In this document: positions 8,260 to 17,302 of the stretch, piece by piece
How positions within the stretch are numbered: position 1 is the stretch's first letter
Layout: each line of letters starts with the position of its first letter
Source of the DNA: Cryomorphaceae bacterium
GTDB lineage: Bacteria > Bacteroidota > Bacteroidia > Flavobacteriales > Flavobacteriaceae
Assembly: GCA_042091575.1 (NCBI GenBank)
Contig: JBELHE010000001.1
Span: forward strand, 1-41,002
DNA length: 41,002 nt
Reading direction: 5' to 3'
Position numbers and translations under genes: made by a program
The notes under the pieces: model-generated
Seen by the model: the letters and a program-made list of their open reading frames with translations, nothing else
What the model was told of the DNA's origin: nothing
Databases searched by the model: none

Positions 8260-9372
8260 TTAAACTTTTTCAAAGAATGTGTCCGAATCATTCTCATTAT
8301 AAAACTCATTTATCCAAAACATACTAATAAGTGTTGAAGACCCTATATTCTCAATACTGTGTGTATACCAGACCTTCATATCTACATAACTTGGATTTTT
8401 TCCATTCAGTTTATATGTATTTATTTTGTTTGAACCAATTTTTCTAGTTCTAATCAAAGCTTCACCTTGAATTACAGTAAATCTCTCTATTTTTCTTGTA
8501 TGAAAATGATTACCTCTAGTTTTTTTTGGCTTAGTTAGTGAATATGAAACCTGGCCTGATGATTCAAATCTAATTACTTCGGAGAAAGATCCTCTAGTAT
8601 CTGATATTAAATTATGATTTTTAGGAAAGTGTTTTTCACTATTAATGTAGCTATGAAAAGTAGTAAAAAGATTCATCTTAAAATTACTGTCTAAATTTGG
8701 AATGTTTCCATCGAGAAAATATTTTTTATTGTAATCTTCAATTATTTTTTTTACATCTTCAACTTTGATTTTAATATCCTCTTTAATTAAAAAATCAGTA
8801 CTTATATCAGTTTGAAACTTTTCAATAATTATATCAACTAAATTATCTATGTAAATTAAAGAGACCTGATTATTTCCTTCAACGTTGTTAGGAATCCCAT
8901 TTATTTCATTATGACAGAATGTCGCAATAAATGAGTTATAGTTTGGCTTACAGAATGGACCAAATACATTTGGAATTATTAGATTAATAAAAGTAAAATT
9001 ATTATTTTTTGATGCTTTAAAAAATTTTTCTGTTGACAACTTCTTTGAGTTACCATATGGGTTATTATCACTATGCTGAGTTGATGATGCAAAAATTAAT
9101 TTTCCACTAAAATTAATTCTGGATAATGAGTTTATTAATTTATCAGTTATTATTAGATTTTTTTTTAAAACATAACTTTCATTTTGAGCTCTGTTAACTC
9201 CAGCAAGGTGAATAATTATATCAACCCTCGAGAGAGTTTTATCAAGATCGTTTTGAGTTTGAAATAATTTTTTTTCGAAGTTAATAATTTCAATATCTGG
9301 TAGACTAAATTTAATAGTATTATACAGGTGATAACCTATAAATCCTTCTTGGCCTGTAATTAATATCTTCAA
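8260..9372 (-). CDS. fnlB: FnlB/CapF/WbjC-type bifunctional reductase (N-terminal SDR plus C-terminal cupin)
   Basis: 370 aa. The N-terminal 'KILITGQEGFIGYHL' marks a Rossmann domain. The C-terminal ~110 aa carry cupin-like 'GNHFHTRKIERFTVIQGEALI' and 'WYTHSIENIG'. This two-domain layout is characteristic of CapF. Confidence 0.8.
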   Translation of the reverse strand: MKILITGQEGFIGYHLYNTIKFSLPDIEIINFEKKLFQTQNDLDKTLSRVDIIIHLAGVNRAQNESYVLKKNLIITDKLINSLSRINFSGKLIFASSTQHSDNNPYGNSKKLSTEKFFKASKNNNFTFINLIIPNVFGPFCKPNYNSFIATFCHNEINGIPNNVEGNNQVSLIYIDNLVDIIIEKFQTDISTDFLIKEDIKIKVEDVKKIIEDYNKKYFLDGNIPNLDSNFKMNLFTTFHSYINSEKHFPKNHNLISDTRGSFSEVIRFESSGQVSYSLTKPKKTRGNHFHTRKIERFTVIQGEALIRTRKIGSNKINTYKLNGKNPSYVDMKVWYTHSIENIGSSTLISMFWINEFYNENDSDTFFEKV

Positions 9373-9378
9373 ATTAAG

Positions 9379-10383
9379 TTAGTTTAGTTCAGACTTAACT
9401 GCAGGTAATTTCAGAAGAATCTGGATTAATTTTTCCTTACTTAGTAGTTCTGTGTTACTTGAATTATATTCAAATGTGTTTTTAATTTTGGTATTACCAT
9501 CCGAAAAATATTTATTATAGTTTAGGTCTCTACTGTCGCTGTTTATTCTATAGTGATTACCCAGATCATCAGACTTTAACATTTCCTCTTTAGTTACTAA
9601 AGTTTCATGAAATTTTTCACCATGTCTAATACCAATTGTTTTAATTTTTGACTTAGAGTTAAAAATTTCAATTAGAGCATCTGCAAGAACTTTAACTGTT
9701 GCAGCTGGAGCTTTTTTAACAAAAATATCACCCTGATTAGCATTTTCAAAAGCAAAATCTACTAAGTCTATTGCATCTTTAAGTGACATCATAAATCTAG
9801 TCATATTAGGATCTGTGATTGTTAAATCCATATTACTCTTGATTTGAGAAATAAATAGTGGAATAACAGATCCTCTGGACCCCATAACATTTCCATATCT
9901 TGTTCCACAAAAAATATGATTACCATCAAGCATTCTTGATTTAGCTATCATTACTTTTTCCATTAATGCCTTTGACATTCCCATTGCATTAATCGGATAA
10001 GCTGCTTTATCAGTACTTAGTATAACAACTTTTTTAACAGAATTAAACTCTGCAGAATTTAATATATTTTCGGTACCTAATATGTTTGTCTTAACAGCCT
10101 CGATAGGAAAGAATTCGCAAGATGGGACTTGTTTTAATGCAGCTGCATGAAAAATATAGTCAACATTTTTAACAACTTGGTTGACCGAATCGATATCTCT
10201 AACATCACCTATAAAGAATTTGACTTTTTCATTATTTAATTTTCTTCTCAAATCATCTTGCTTCTTTTCATCCCTACTCATAATGAAAATTTCAGAAAAC
10301 TTTTTCAAGTGAAGTGCTCTTTCGAGATATGCGCTTCCAAAAGAGCCTGTACCACCAGTTATTAATAGTTTATTTTTTTTCAT
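9379..10383 (-). CDS. fnlA: UDP-GlcNAc 4,6-dehydratase/5-epimerase, FnlA/CapE/WbjB type
   Basis: 334 aa with 'LLITGGTGSFG'. In 'STDKAAYPINAMGMSKALMEK', Met occupies the usual SDR Tyr position (MxxxK), the CapE/FnlA signature that separates it from PseB (YxxxK). Confidence 0.85.
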   Translation of the reverse strand: MKKNKLLITGGTGSFGSAYLERALHLKKFSEIFIMSRDEKKQDDLRRKLNNEKVKFFIGDVRDIDSVNQVVKNVDYIFHAAALKQVPSCEFFPIEAVKTNILGTENILNSAEFNSVKKVVILSTDKAAYPINAMGMSKALMEKVMIAKSRMLDGNHIFCGTRYGNVMGSRGSVIPLFISQIKSNMDLTITDPNMTRFMMSLKDAIDLVDFAFENANQGDIFVKKAPAATVKVLADALIEIFNSKSKIKTIGIRHGEKFHETLVTKEEMLKSDDLGNHYRINSDSRDLNYNKYFSDGNTKIKNTFEYNSSNTELLSKEKLIQILLKLPAVKSELN

Positions 10384-11485
10384 TACTAAGCTTTTTTATT
10401 TCGTTAGCTAATTTATTTAAGGATATAGAATCAGAAAACATTTTTTCTGCCAATTTATGGCCATTTTTTGATAAACTTTTCCTCAAGTTAACATCATTTA
10501 TTGTTTTTTCAATAGTCTTTTCTAGAATTAATTTATTTTTTGGCTCAATTAATAACCCGTTTAAATTGTGCTTTATGTAGTCAGGTATTATTCCAACATT
10601 TGAAGAAATTGACGGTAATCCAGATGCCAATGCTTCTATTAAAGAATTCGGCATACCCTCGTGCCAGGAGGGTAAAACAAAGACATCAGATGATTTAAGA
10701 TTTGCGAGAATTTCACTATTTGATAACCATCCTGAAATAAAAACCCTGTCTTCAATATTTTTTTCAGCACAATATTTGTCTATTTTATCTCTTAAACTAC
10801 CGTCACCAATAAATTTAATTTTTAAATCATAGCTTTTGGTAAGATTGTAGAAACTTTCCAATAGTTCTATAATCCCTTTTTGTTTTTCAAGCCAGCCAAC
10901 ATATATAATAGTGAGATTATCTTTTTTATCTTTAATAATCCGCTTTTTTCCAACTTCTAATAGTCCTTTAGTTGCAGTCCAATTATTTACAATAGATGTT
11001 TTTTTTGAATTAATTTTTAAATCATTGATTGCAAAATTGCTCCATGTAGGACCTTGTGCAAGGAAAATATCAGCTTTTGAAAAAAGAAATTTAATTAAAC
11101 CTCTAAATAGTTGACTATCCTTTGTTTGATTAATAAGATTTCCAGCCCTAGGAAAAATTAAAGTCTTAACAGATAGCAAATTGGAGATCAATATCATTAA
11201 ACCCTTCTCAAGTGCACTTGGTCCAGATGAACAAAAAATTAATATTACATCTGGTTTTTTATAAGTAATTGTAAATAAAAATCGAATAATTCTTAAAATC
11301 GATAAAAAAAATCTTACTATAAAAACTGGTGGAGGATTTGATATTTGAGATGAATCAAAGGGTATAATATCAAAATATTTAAATGGCTCTGAATCAATAA
11401 GAATTTTTGATGACTTAACAACTCCACCGAAAATTTTATTTTTTTTCTTTGGAAAGGCTCCAACAATCATGAGTTTTGCTTTCAT
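10370..11485 (-). CDS. GT4 (GT-B fold) glycosyltransferase
   Basis: 371 aa. 'VFVLPSWHEGMPNSLIEALASGLPSISSNVG' contains the E-x7-E motif of retaining GT4 enzymes. Confidence 0.85.
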   Translation of the reverse strand: MKAKLMIVGAFPKKKNKIFGGVVKSSKILIDSEPFKYFDIIPFDSSQISNPPPVFIVRFFLSILRIIRFLFTITYKKPDVILIFCSSGPSALEKGLMILISNLLSVKTLIFPRAGNLINQTKDSQLFRGLIKFLFSKADIFLAQGPTWSNFAINDLKINSKKTSIVNNWTATKGLLEVGKKRIIKDKKDNLTIIYVGWLEKQKGIIELLESFYNLTKSYDLKIKFIGDGSLRDKIDKYCAEKNIEDRVFISGWLSNSEILANLKSSDVFVLPSWHEGMPNSLIEALASGLPSISSNVGIIPDYIKHNLNGLLIEPKNKLILEKTIEKTINDVNLRKSLSKNGHKLAEKMFSDSISLNKLANEIKKLSNEKK

Positions 11486-11490
11486 AGAGA

Positions 11491-12666
11491 TTAATTGTTC
11501 AATATTTGTTTATAATTATTAATCATTTTTAATGAAAGTAACTTCTCAGAAAATTTTGAGTTACAATATTTTTTAATTTTAACCGGATCATAATTAAGGT
11601 AGTCTTCATAGATAGTAACCATTGCATTTGAAAAGTCATCTGTAGTCTTTTTATTCACTATAATCCCACAAAAATCTGGAATAATTTCATTAGAGCTCCC
11701 ACAGTTTAATGAGACTATTGGCCTACCTAGCGACATCGACTCAACAAATATTACCCCAAATGTTTCAAAAGAACTAGCATAAACAAAAGCGTTACAAGAA
11801 TTGAATTCCTGAACAATATTACCTCTCGAGATTTCGCCTAAAAAGAATACATTGTTTTGTAAATCGTTTTCATTAACAATAGTATTTAAATTTTTAAATT
11901 CTGATCCTATGCCAATAATTTGGAGTTTTGAATTTGGATATTTTTTATTAAATATTTTAAAAGATCTAATTATTAAATCAATGTTTTTTATTTTATGCAG
12001 CCTGGAAACACACAGAAAGGTAAAGTTTGATTTATCTGTACTTTTAAGTTTGGTTTTTAGAAAATGATCATTTACTATATTATGATGAAAATCCCATTTT
12101 TTATTTATTTTAAATTCTGAGTCAAGATATTTTGAATAATTTTCAGATACAGCGTAACATTTTTTTGATTTGTTAAGAACTCTTTTAACACTATTATAAA
12201 ATCGTTTGAATCCTTGATTATTGTAATAAAAACCGCTGTTATGCTCAGTAACTATGAATGGAATATCATGTGTATCGTAGATATATTCTCCTAAAAACCC
12301 CGCGTTAAAAACTGATTGGCAATGAATTAAATCTGGCATACCATTTTGTTTTATGTACTTTATAAACAAATAGTAACCAATATATTTGAAAGCTAATATT
12401 TGTAAAAACTTAGATTTAATAAACCAGTTACTCCATCGAAGTTTTATAATCTTTAGTCCTTCATCATCATAATATTGTACCTGAGGGAATACCCTAATGT
12501 CGAATGTATTTCGCAATGATTTTAACTCTGGATAAATAATACCAACATTACAGCCATTCTTTTTAATTCCAATTGCTTGTTCTCTAAAAAAACTACCCAT
12601 GTAATGACCGTTATGCTCTGGATACCATGAAGGAATAATAAGGATATGTAATTTTTTGTTTATCAT
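11491..12666 (-). CDS. GT4 (GT-B fold) glycosyltransferase
   Basis: 391 aa. 'FVYASSFETFGVIFVESMSLGRPIVS' contains the E-x7-E motif, and the N-terminus 'LHILIIPSWYPE' is typical of GT4. Confidence 0.85.
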   Translation of the reverse strand: MINKKLHILIIPSWYPEHNGHYMGSFFREQAIGIKKNGCNVGIIYPELKSLRNTFDIRVFPQVQYYDDEGLKIIKLRWSNWFIKSKFLQILAFKYIGYYLFIKYIKQNGMPDLIHCQSVFNAGFLGEYIYDTHDIPFIVTEHNSGFYYNNQGFKRFYNSVKRVLNKSKKCYAVSENYSKYLDSEFKINKKWDFHHNIVNDHFLKTKLKSTDKSNFTFLCVSRLHKIKNIDLIIRSFKIFNKKYPNSKLQIIGIGSEFKNLNTIVNENDLQNNVFFLGEISRGNIVQEFNSCNAFVYASSFETFGVIFVESMSLGRPIVSLNCGSSNEIIPDFCGIIVNKKTTDDFSNAMVTIYEDYLNYDPVKIKKYCNSKFSEKLLSLKMINNYKQILNN

Positions 12667-12672
12667 TATTTT

Positions 12673-13644
12673 TTAATATAATTGGATAAATTTATATTCT
12701 GACCCCAAGGATTCAGTGTAAACTGACAATGAAGATTGTGGGCCGATAATAATTTTTTTCTCATACATCATTTCTATCTCTAACATTACAGTTGAATCAC
12801 ATAGTTCTATTTTTTTTGAATTTAAATCATTAAAAATATCTGTAAATTCTTTAAATACTTCATTAGACGAAGTATAAGAAGGATGAGGCTTAATTAAAGA
12901 GTTAGTTGGTAAATGATCGATAAGTTTTTTAAGCATTTTTATCATATTCTCTTTTTTTGGCACTCTACTAGCTGAACATGTTAAACCAATTATTTTTTTG
13001 CCTAAAATTTTTGGCTCATAATATTTTTTAACTTCTTTAAAGTCTTTAAGTATATATCTTTTTGAACTTGGCATTAATGAAAATGATCTTTCGTCAATGC
13101 CTATGTAAGCTTCAGCGTCATCTCTAAAGGCTAAGCCTGTTCCCTCAAGATGAGGAATATGGGCAGTCGGCACAATTCGATTTGAAATATTCATTCTAAT
13201 CCTTTCAAATAAATCCAATTTATCAAATTTATATTCAGTATAACTAGCATATGCACTTTGTCCCTCTTCAACATGAATATGTCCTTTGCAGTTGTGTTTA
13301 GTTATTAACCAATTTACCTCTCGATATGCCCACCCAGAGAATAATAAGAAGTTCTTATGTGTTGAATTTATCTTTCTCAGTACTCTTCTTCCAGATGGTG
13401 AGTCAAAAAAAATCTTTTCTAAATATTTATCATATTTTTTCCTCTGAATTATTAGATAATTATGATCAAAAATTTCTAAAGATGTATCTCTTAGAGAGAC
13501 AATTAGGATGTTTTCTTTTTTTAAATTATAATTATCAATTATTATTCTTGTAATAATAGCTAAAATTGGATTAGGCACTAAGAAAACGTTCAACCAATTA
13601 TTATTAATTGATTTTTCAATAATTTCTGGTTTAGATAGTTTCAT
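12673..13644 (-). CDS. Hypothetical protein, candidate GT52-like CMP-ulosonic acid (sialyl-type) transferase
   Basis: 323 aa. It has an N-terminal 'NVFLVPNPILAIITRIII' block, an acidic 'HVEEGQS' at residues 125-130 and 'IKPHPS' at residues 251-256. This is the order and spacing of the D/E-D/E-G and HP motifs described for bacterial sialyltransferases. The motif match is by eye only. Confidence 0.35.
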   Translation of the reverse strand: MKLSKPEIIEKSINNNWLNVFLVPNPILAIITRIIIDNYNLKKENILIVSLRDTSLEIFDHNYLIIQRKKYDKYLEKIFFDSPSGRRVLRKINSTHKNFLLFSGWAYREVNWLITKHNCKGHIHVEEGQSAYASYTEYKFDKLDLFERIRMNISNRIVPTAHIPHLEGTGLAFRDDAEAYIGIDERSFSLMPSSKRYILKDFKEVKKYYEPKILGKKIIGLTCSASRVPKKENMIKMLKKLIDHLPTNSLIKPHPSYTSSNEVFKEFTDIFNDLNSKKIELCDSTVMLEIEMMYEKKIIIGPQSSLSVYTESLGSEYKFIQLY

Positions 13645-15014
13645 TAATATATTAAATCGATTTTTTTTAGCTTTTTATAGTAATCAAGAGATTCAGAGTA
13701 AGAAATATTACAAAGGTTTGATATTTCTTCTATAGTATTTCTACCATCACAATATGATATAAAGTTCATAAAGTTTTTAAATTGTTTTTTTTCCTGTTTT
13801 TTTGAAATATTTGGGTAAAGCCCTCTTTTACCTAGCTGTGGCTCACATAATACATTTATTTCTGGAAATATCTTATCACTTGAATACTTGTCTTTTTCTT
13901 TAATTTTTTTTGAGTGTATTTCTTGATTGACTCGACTGTTTTTTTCTTCTCTAGAAAATTTTTTGTTTTCAAAAACTTCAACACATTTTAAATATATATC
14001 CAGACTTTGATTTAAACCTTTTTCTGTTACTAAATCAAAATTATCAAGTGAGGTATGGTATTCAGGATAATTTCCATATTTTGATCTAGTGATTGATGAT
14101 ATTGGTAGATCTACGCCAGGTGAACAATATTGTCTTTCGTCACTACCTCTATCTAACCATGTATATTTTATAAATTCTGGATAGCACGAAGACAATACTT
14201 GCTCTGCAATTTTATCTGATTGGTTATTTCCATATCTGGATGGTACAAGCCCCCAGGATCTTTCATCTCCAACACATGTAATATTATAGCCACCTACAAC
14301 ATTTTTTTTCAAAATTTTAAAATTTTGACTAATGTACATGATTGAGCCAATTGTTTCAGGTATAAGGACAAACCTGTAAGAGTAGTAATTGTCAATCTGA
14401 CTGAGATGTTTAGCAATTCCAGTTAATACACTAGGACCTGAAAGTTCATTATTTACCATTTGTGGATGACAGATATAAGATGAGAATAAAATTTCTTTTT
14501 CTACTTTACCTTTAATAATATATTCTCCGTAAGCTAAATAACCATTTTCAATAAATTCTGAATCAATTAGAACTTTGTACCTTGATGCTTTATCTAATTT
14601 TTTAAAATCATTATAAGACATACAGAATCCCCAATTTTTTTCATAATACGATGTTACATATGGAATAGCATCAGGCTGATCTTTTATAAAATGAATGTTT
14701 TTAACTAATTCGCTAAATGAAATTTCTTTATTTATTGGGTAAGAGTAACCAACAACATGAAGATTATGATTTTTAAAATCAATTACTTTTTTATTTGTCT
14801 TAATGTCAATTACATAAGCATCATTTATATTCCATTCAGGAGGTACAACCCAATCAAAAACTTTACTACCTGAATTGACTTTTTTAATTTCAAAAGGGAT
14901 AATTTTTTTAATATAATTTAGAGTTTGAATAACACCTTTTCCAGATAAACTCCGAGGCACTTCATATAAATCCTTGCAAAAATTTAAAAGGTTCATTTTA
15001 TTTTTCATAGGCAA
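13644..15014 (-). CDS. Aminopeptidase-like (M28-like, DUF4910/DUF2172-type) protein with C-terminal winged-helix domain
   Basis: 456 aa. 'FVLIPETIGSI' and a C-terminal 'ISYCDGRNTIEEISNLCNISYSESLDYYKKLKKIDLI' resemble the DUF4910 plus HTH_47 architecture that I recall from polysaccharide loci. This is a recall-based call. Confidence 0.45.
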   Translation of the reverse strand: MPMKNKMNLLNFCKDLYEVPRSLSGKGVIQTLNYIKKIIPFEIKKVNSGSKVFDWVVPPEWNINDAYVIDIKTNKKVIDFKNHNLHVVGYSYPINKEISFSELVKNIHFIKDQPDAIPYVTSYYEKNWGFCMSYNDFKKLDKASRYKVLIDSEFIENGYLAYGEYIIKGKVEKEILFSSYICHPQMVNNELSGPSVLTGIAKHLSQIDNYYSYRFVLIPETIGSIMYISQNFKILKKNVVGGYNITCVGDERSWGLVPSRYGNNQSDKIAEQVLSSCYPEFIKYTWLDRGSDERQYCSPGVDLPISSITRSKYGNYPEYHTSLDNFDLVTEKGLNQSLDIYLKCVEVFENKKFSREEKNSRVNQEIHSKKIKEKDKYSSDKIFPEINVLCEPQLGKRGLYPNISKKQEKKQFKNFMNFISYCDGRNTIEEISNLCNISYSESLDYYKKLKKIDLIY

Positions 15015-16150
15015 TTTAACTCCTCTATATTTATTATTGTTTCAGGATTGACACCCATTTTGACAAGATTATTATATATATCCTCAAAATAATGTGGTCT
15101 ACAAATAATTAATTTATCAACTTTATTTTTAACCAAGTTCTTTGGAGGTTCTATTCTTGGTAGCCCGCTTAGCCATTTCATTCCAACCTTATATTCATCC
15201 CCATCGAAATATCTTATATTTTTGAAATTTTTATAATTATAACCATATTCTTCTCCACCTGCATAAAAACCAATAGATTCTCCTTTATTAATCATTTCAT
15301 CTAATTTCATTTTAATATTATTTTGTTTAATATTTAATCCATTTCCATATTTTTTTAGATTATTTAATTCTTCTTTTTGGATTTCCAATGGCCATTTATA
15401 GGTAGTTTTCTCATCCAAAAATCCCCATATCATCAACTCGTTTTTGTTTTTTGTAAGACTGATAGATGAATTAATAAATCCCTGAGAATGAAATAATTTA
15501 ACTCCATTTCTTGGAGTAAAATAATTTATATGTTGATGAATAAGGTGATCTAAGTTGAACTCTAGAAATGAAAGCTCTGAGTTAGGCACTAAATGAAAAA
15601 ATAGTCCATTATTTTTCAAACAAGCTCTACTTTGTTCAAAAAATGATCCTAAATCATCAATATGTTCAAGACATCCATATGAAAAAATACAATCAAATTT
15701 TTCGCTTATTATTTCCTTTGATAAAATCTCTTTATGAATTTCTAATCCATATTTCTCAATTGCGACATTAGCTTGAGGACCTATTTCAATTCCTTTAACA
15801 ATAGCTTCCTTTTTTTTCAGTTCATTTAAAAGAGTTCCATTTCCACAACCTATTTCTAAAAGTTTTTTCCCTGAAACATCTCCACCCATAACAGAAATTA
15901 ATTTATCAGAAAATTGATTCATTCTTAAAGTAGATAAGTCACTCTCACCAAGTGGTGTAGATACGAAACTGCCTATTTCATATAGTTTCTCTAGAGCTAT
16001 TTTTATTTCATCGTTTAATATCAGGCGAGGTATGGAGTACTCTGGGTGAATACCCATTTTAAAGGGTAAAGATAGTGGTAAAGTTTTAAAATCTTCTCTT
16101 ATGGCTCCAGCATAAAACGGGTGGTCAGAAATATGAATTATAGCTTTCAT
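15005..16150 (-). CDS. Class I SAM-dependent methyltransferase with an extra C-terminal domain
   Basis: 381 aa. 'KLLEIGCGNGTLLNEL' is SAM motif I and 'FDCIFSYGCLEHIDD' follows it. About 150 further C-terminal residues resemble the sugar C-/O-methyltransferase C-terminal domain layout. Confidence 0.8.
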   Translation of the reverse strand: MKAIIHISDHPFYAGAIREDFKTLPLSLPFKMGIHPEYSIPRLILNDEIKIALEKLYEIGSFVSTPLGESDLSTLRMNQFSDKLISVMGGDVSGKKLLEIGCGNGTLLNELKKKEAIVKGIEIGPQANVAIEKYGLEIHKEILSKEIISEKFDCIFSYGCLEHIDDLGSFFEQSRACLKNNGLFFHLVPNSELSFLEFNLDHLIHQHINYFTPRNGVKLFHSQGFINSSISLTKNKNELMIWGFLDEKTTYKWPLEIQKEELNNLKKYGNGLNIKQNNIKMKLDEMINKGESIGFYAGGEEYGYNYKNFKNIRYFDGDEYKVGMKWLSGLPRIEPPKNLVKNKVDKLIICRPHYFEDIYNNLVKMGVNPETIINIEELNCL

Positions 16151-16190
16151 TATATTTTAGATTTAAAATTATAGATCATTAATTTTTTTA

Positions 16191-17039
16191 TTATTCAAAA
16201 TCATTTAATTCAAACCCTCTTCCTAATGCGTCAATCTTTTTTCTTACCCATTTTTTTGATTCTTTAGCTAAAAAATAATATGGATCTTCGTTTAGTCTAT
16301 TTGTCCAATAATCACATACTTTTCTAACTGAAAATAGAGTTATATAATTCACATCTGTAAATATTTTATATTCATAAAGTAAATTTTCATTTAACAAGTC
16401 TAAATGAATCTTTTTCCAATCGTATTTAATTCTTTTTTTTAAAGGTGAGACTTGATAGTCTAGGATAACATTTGTCTCTAAACTATTATTTTTTACTATA
16501 CCATAAAACTTTTTTGAATACCTATATAAATCTTTTTTTGTAATATTCTCCACATAGTGTAATATTGATGTAAGACTAATATCTGAACCATAGTGACAGT
16601 AAACTGATTTGTTTTCATATAAATAATGAAACTCTGAACCAAAGGAAAATGGATTTATAACTTGTCCTGATTTAATATTCTCAATCGGATATTTTCCCAT
16701 TCCAGAAAAATTAAATACTGGAGTTGTTGTTCTCCAGTGACAAAATTTTCTAAAATAATTATTTAAATGACCTACTTGACATATATCCTCATTTACATTA
16801 TATAAACCTGTTTTTGTAAAATCATAATTAAAAGTTGGCATCCAAATATTAAATTCTGAAAAAATATTATTAATGTTATTCATGTGTTTTTCTAATAAGT
16901 CTATTTTCGACTTAAACTTAAAGAGAAAAAGATTTTTGATATCTGAGTGAATCAAAACATGTTCACCGCCTAGTTTTCTGGAAACTGATTTCACTTTTTT
17001 ATTTATTTTCAAAAATGTACTAGAATCTATATACTGCAT
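16191..17039 (-). CDS. AAC(3)-fold (Antibiotic_NAT-like) acyltransferase candidate
   Basis: 282 aa. 'LGGEHVLIHSDIKNL', 'NIWMPTFNYDF' and 'QVGHLNNYFRKFCHWRTTTPVFNFSGMG' follow the order of the conserved blocks of aminoglycoside 3-N-acetyltransferase-family proteins (..vHsS.., ..mPtft.., ..G.l.e.fr...R..hP..Sf...G). Confidence 0.5.
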   Translation of the reverse strand: MQYIDSSTFLKINKKVKSVSRKLGGEHVLIHSDIKNLFLFKFKSKIDLLEKHMNNINNIFSEFNIWMPTFNYDFTKTGLYNVNEDICQVGHLNNYFRKFCHWRTTTPVFNFSGMGKYPIENIKSGQVINPFSFGSEFHYLYENKSVYCHYGSDISLTSILHYVENITKKDLYRYSKKFYGIVKNNSLETNVILDYQVSPLKKRIKYDWKKIHLDLLNENLLYEYKIFTDVNYITLFSVRKVCDYWTNRLNEDPYYFLAKESKKWVRKKIDALGRGFELNDFE

Positions 17040-17062
17040 TTTAAGTTATTGTTAATTTTAAA

Positions 17063-17302
17063 TCATAATTTAGATTCAATTGATAAAATTATCTCTCCAA
17101 TATTTTTCCAATTATTTATCTCTCTAGAATTAAATTTTATTTTAAATTTTTTTTCTATTTCAACAATTAAAATAATATGATTAAGAGAATCCCATCCTTC
17201 AATATCCATTGCAGAGTTTTCTTCACTTATCTGTATTTCTTCCTCTAAAACATCTATAAAAACTTCATTTAAAGTTTTTAATATTTCTGTTCTTTTCATC
17301 AT
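17063..17302 (-). CDS. Acyl carrier protein
   Basis: 79 aa and acidic. 'IEGWDSLNHIILIVEIE' contains the DSL phosphopantetheine-attachment serine motif at the usual position. The 5' end overlaps the FkbH-like gene by 38 nt. Confidence 0.8.
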   Translation of the reverse strand: MMKRTEILKTLNEVFIDVLEEEIQISEENSAMDIEGWDSLNHIILIVEIEKKFKIKFNSREINNWKNIGEIILSIESKL

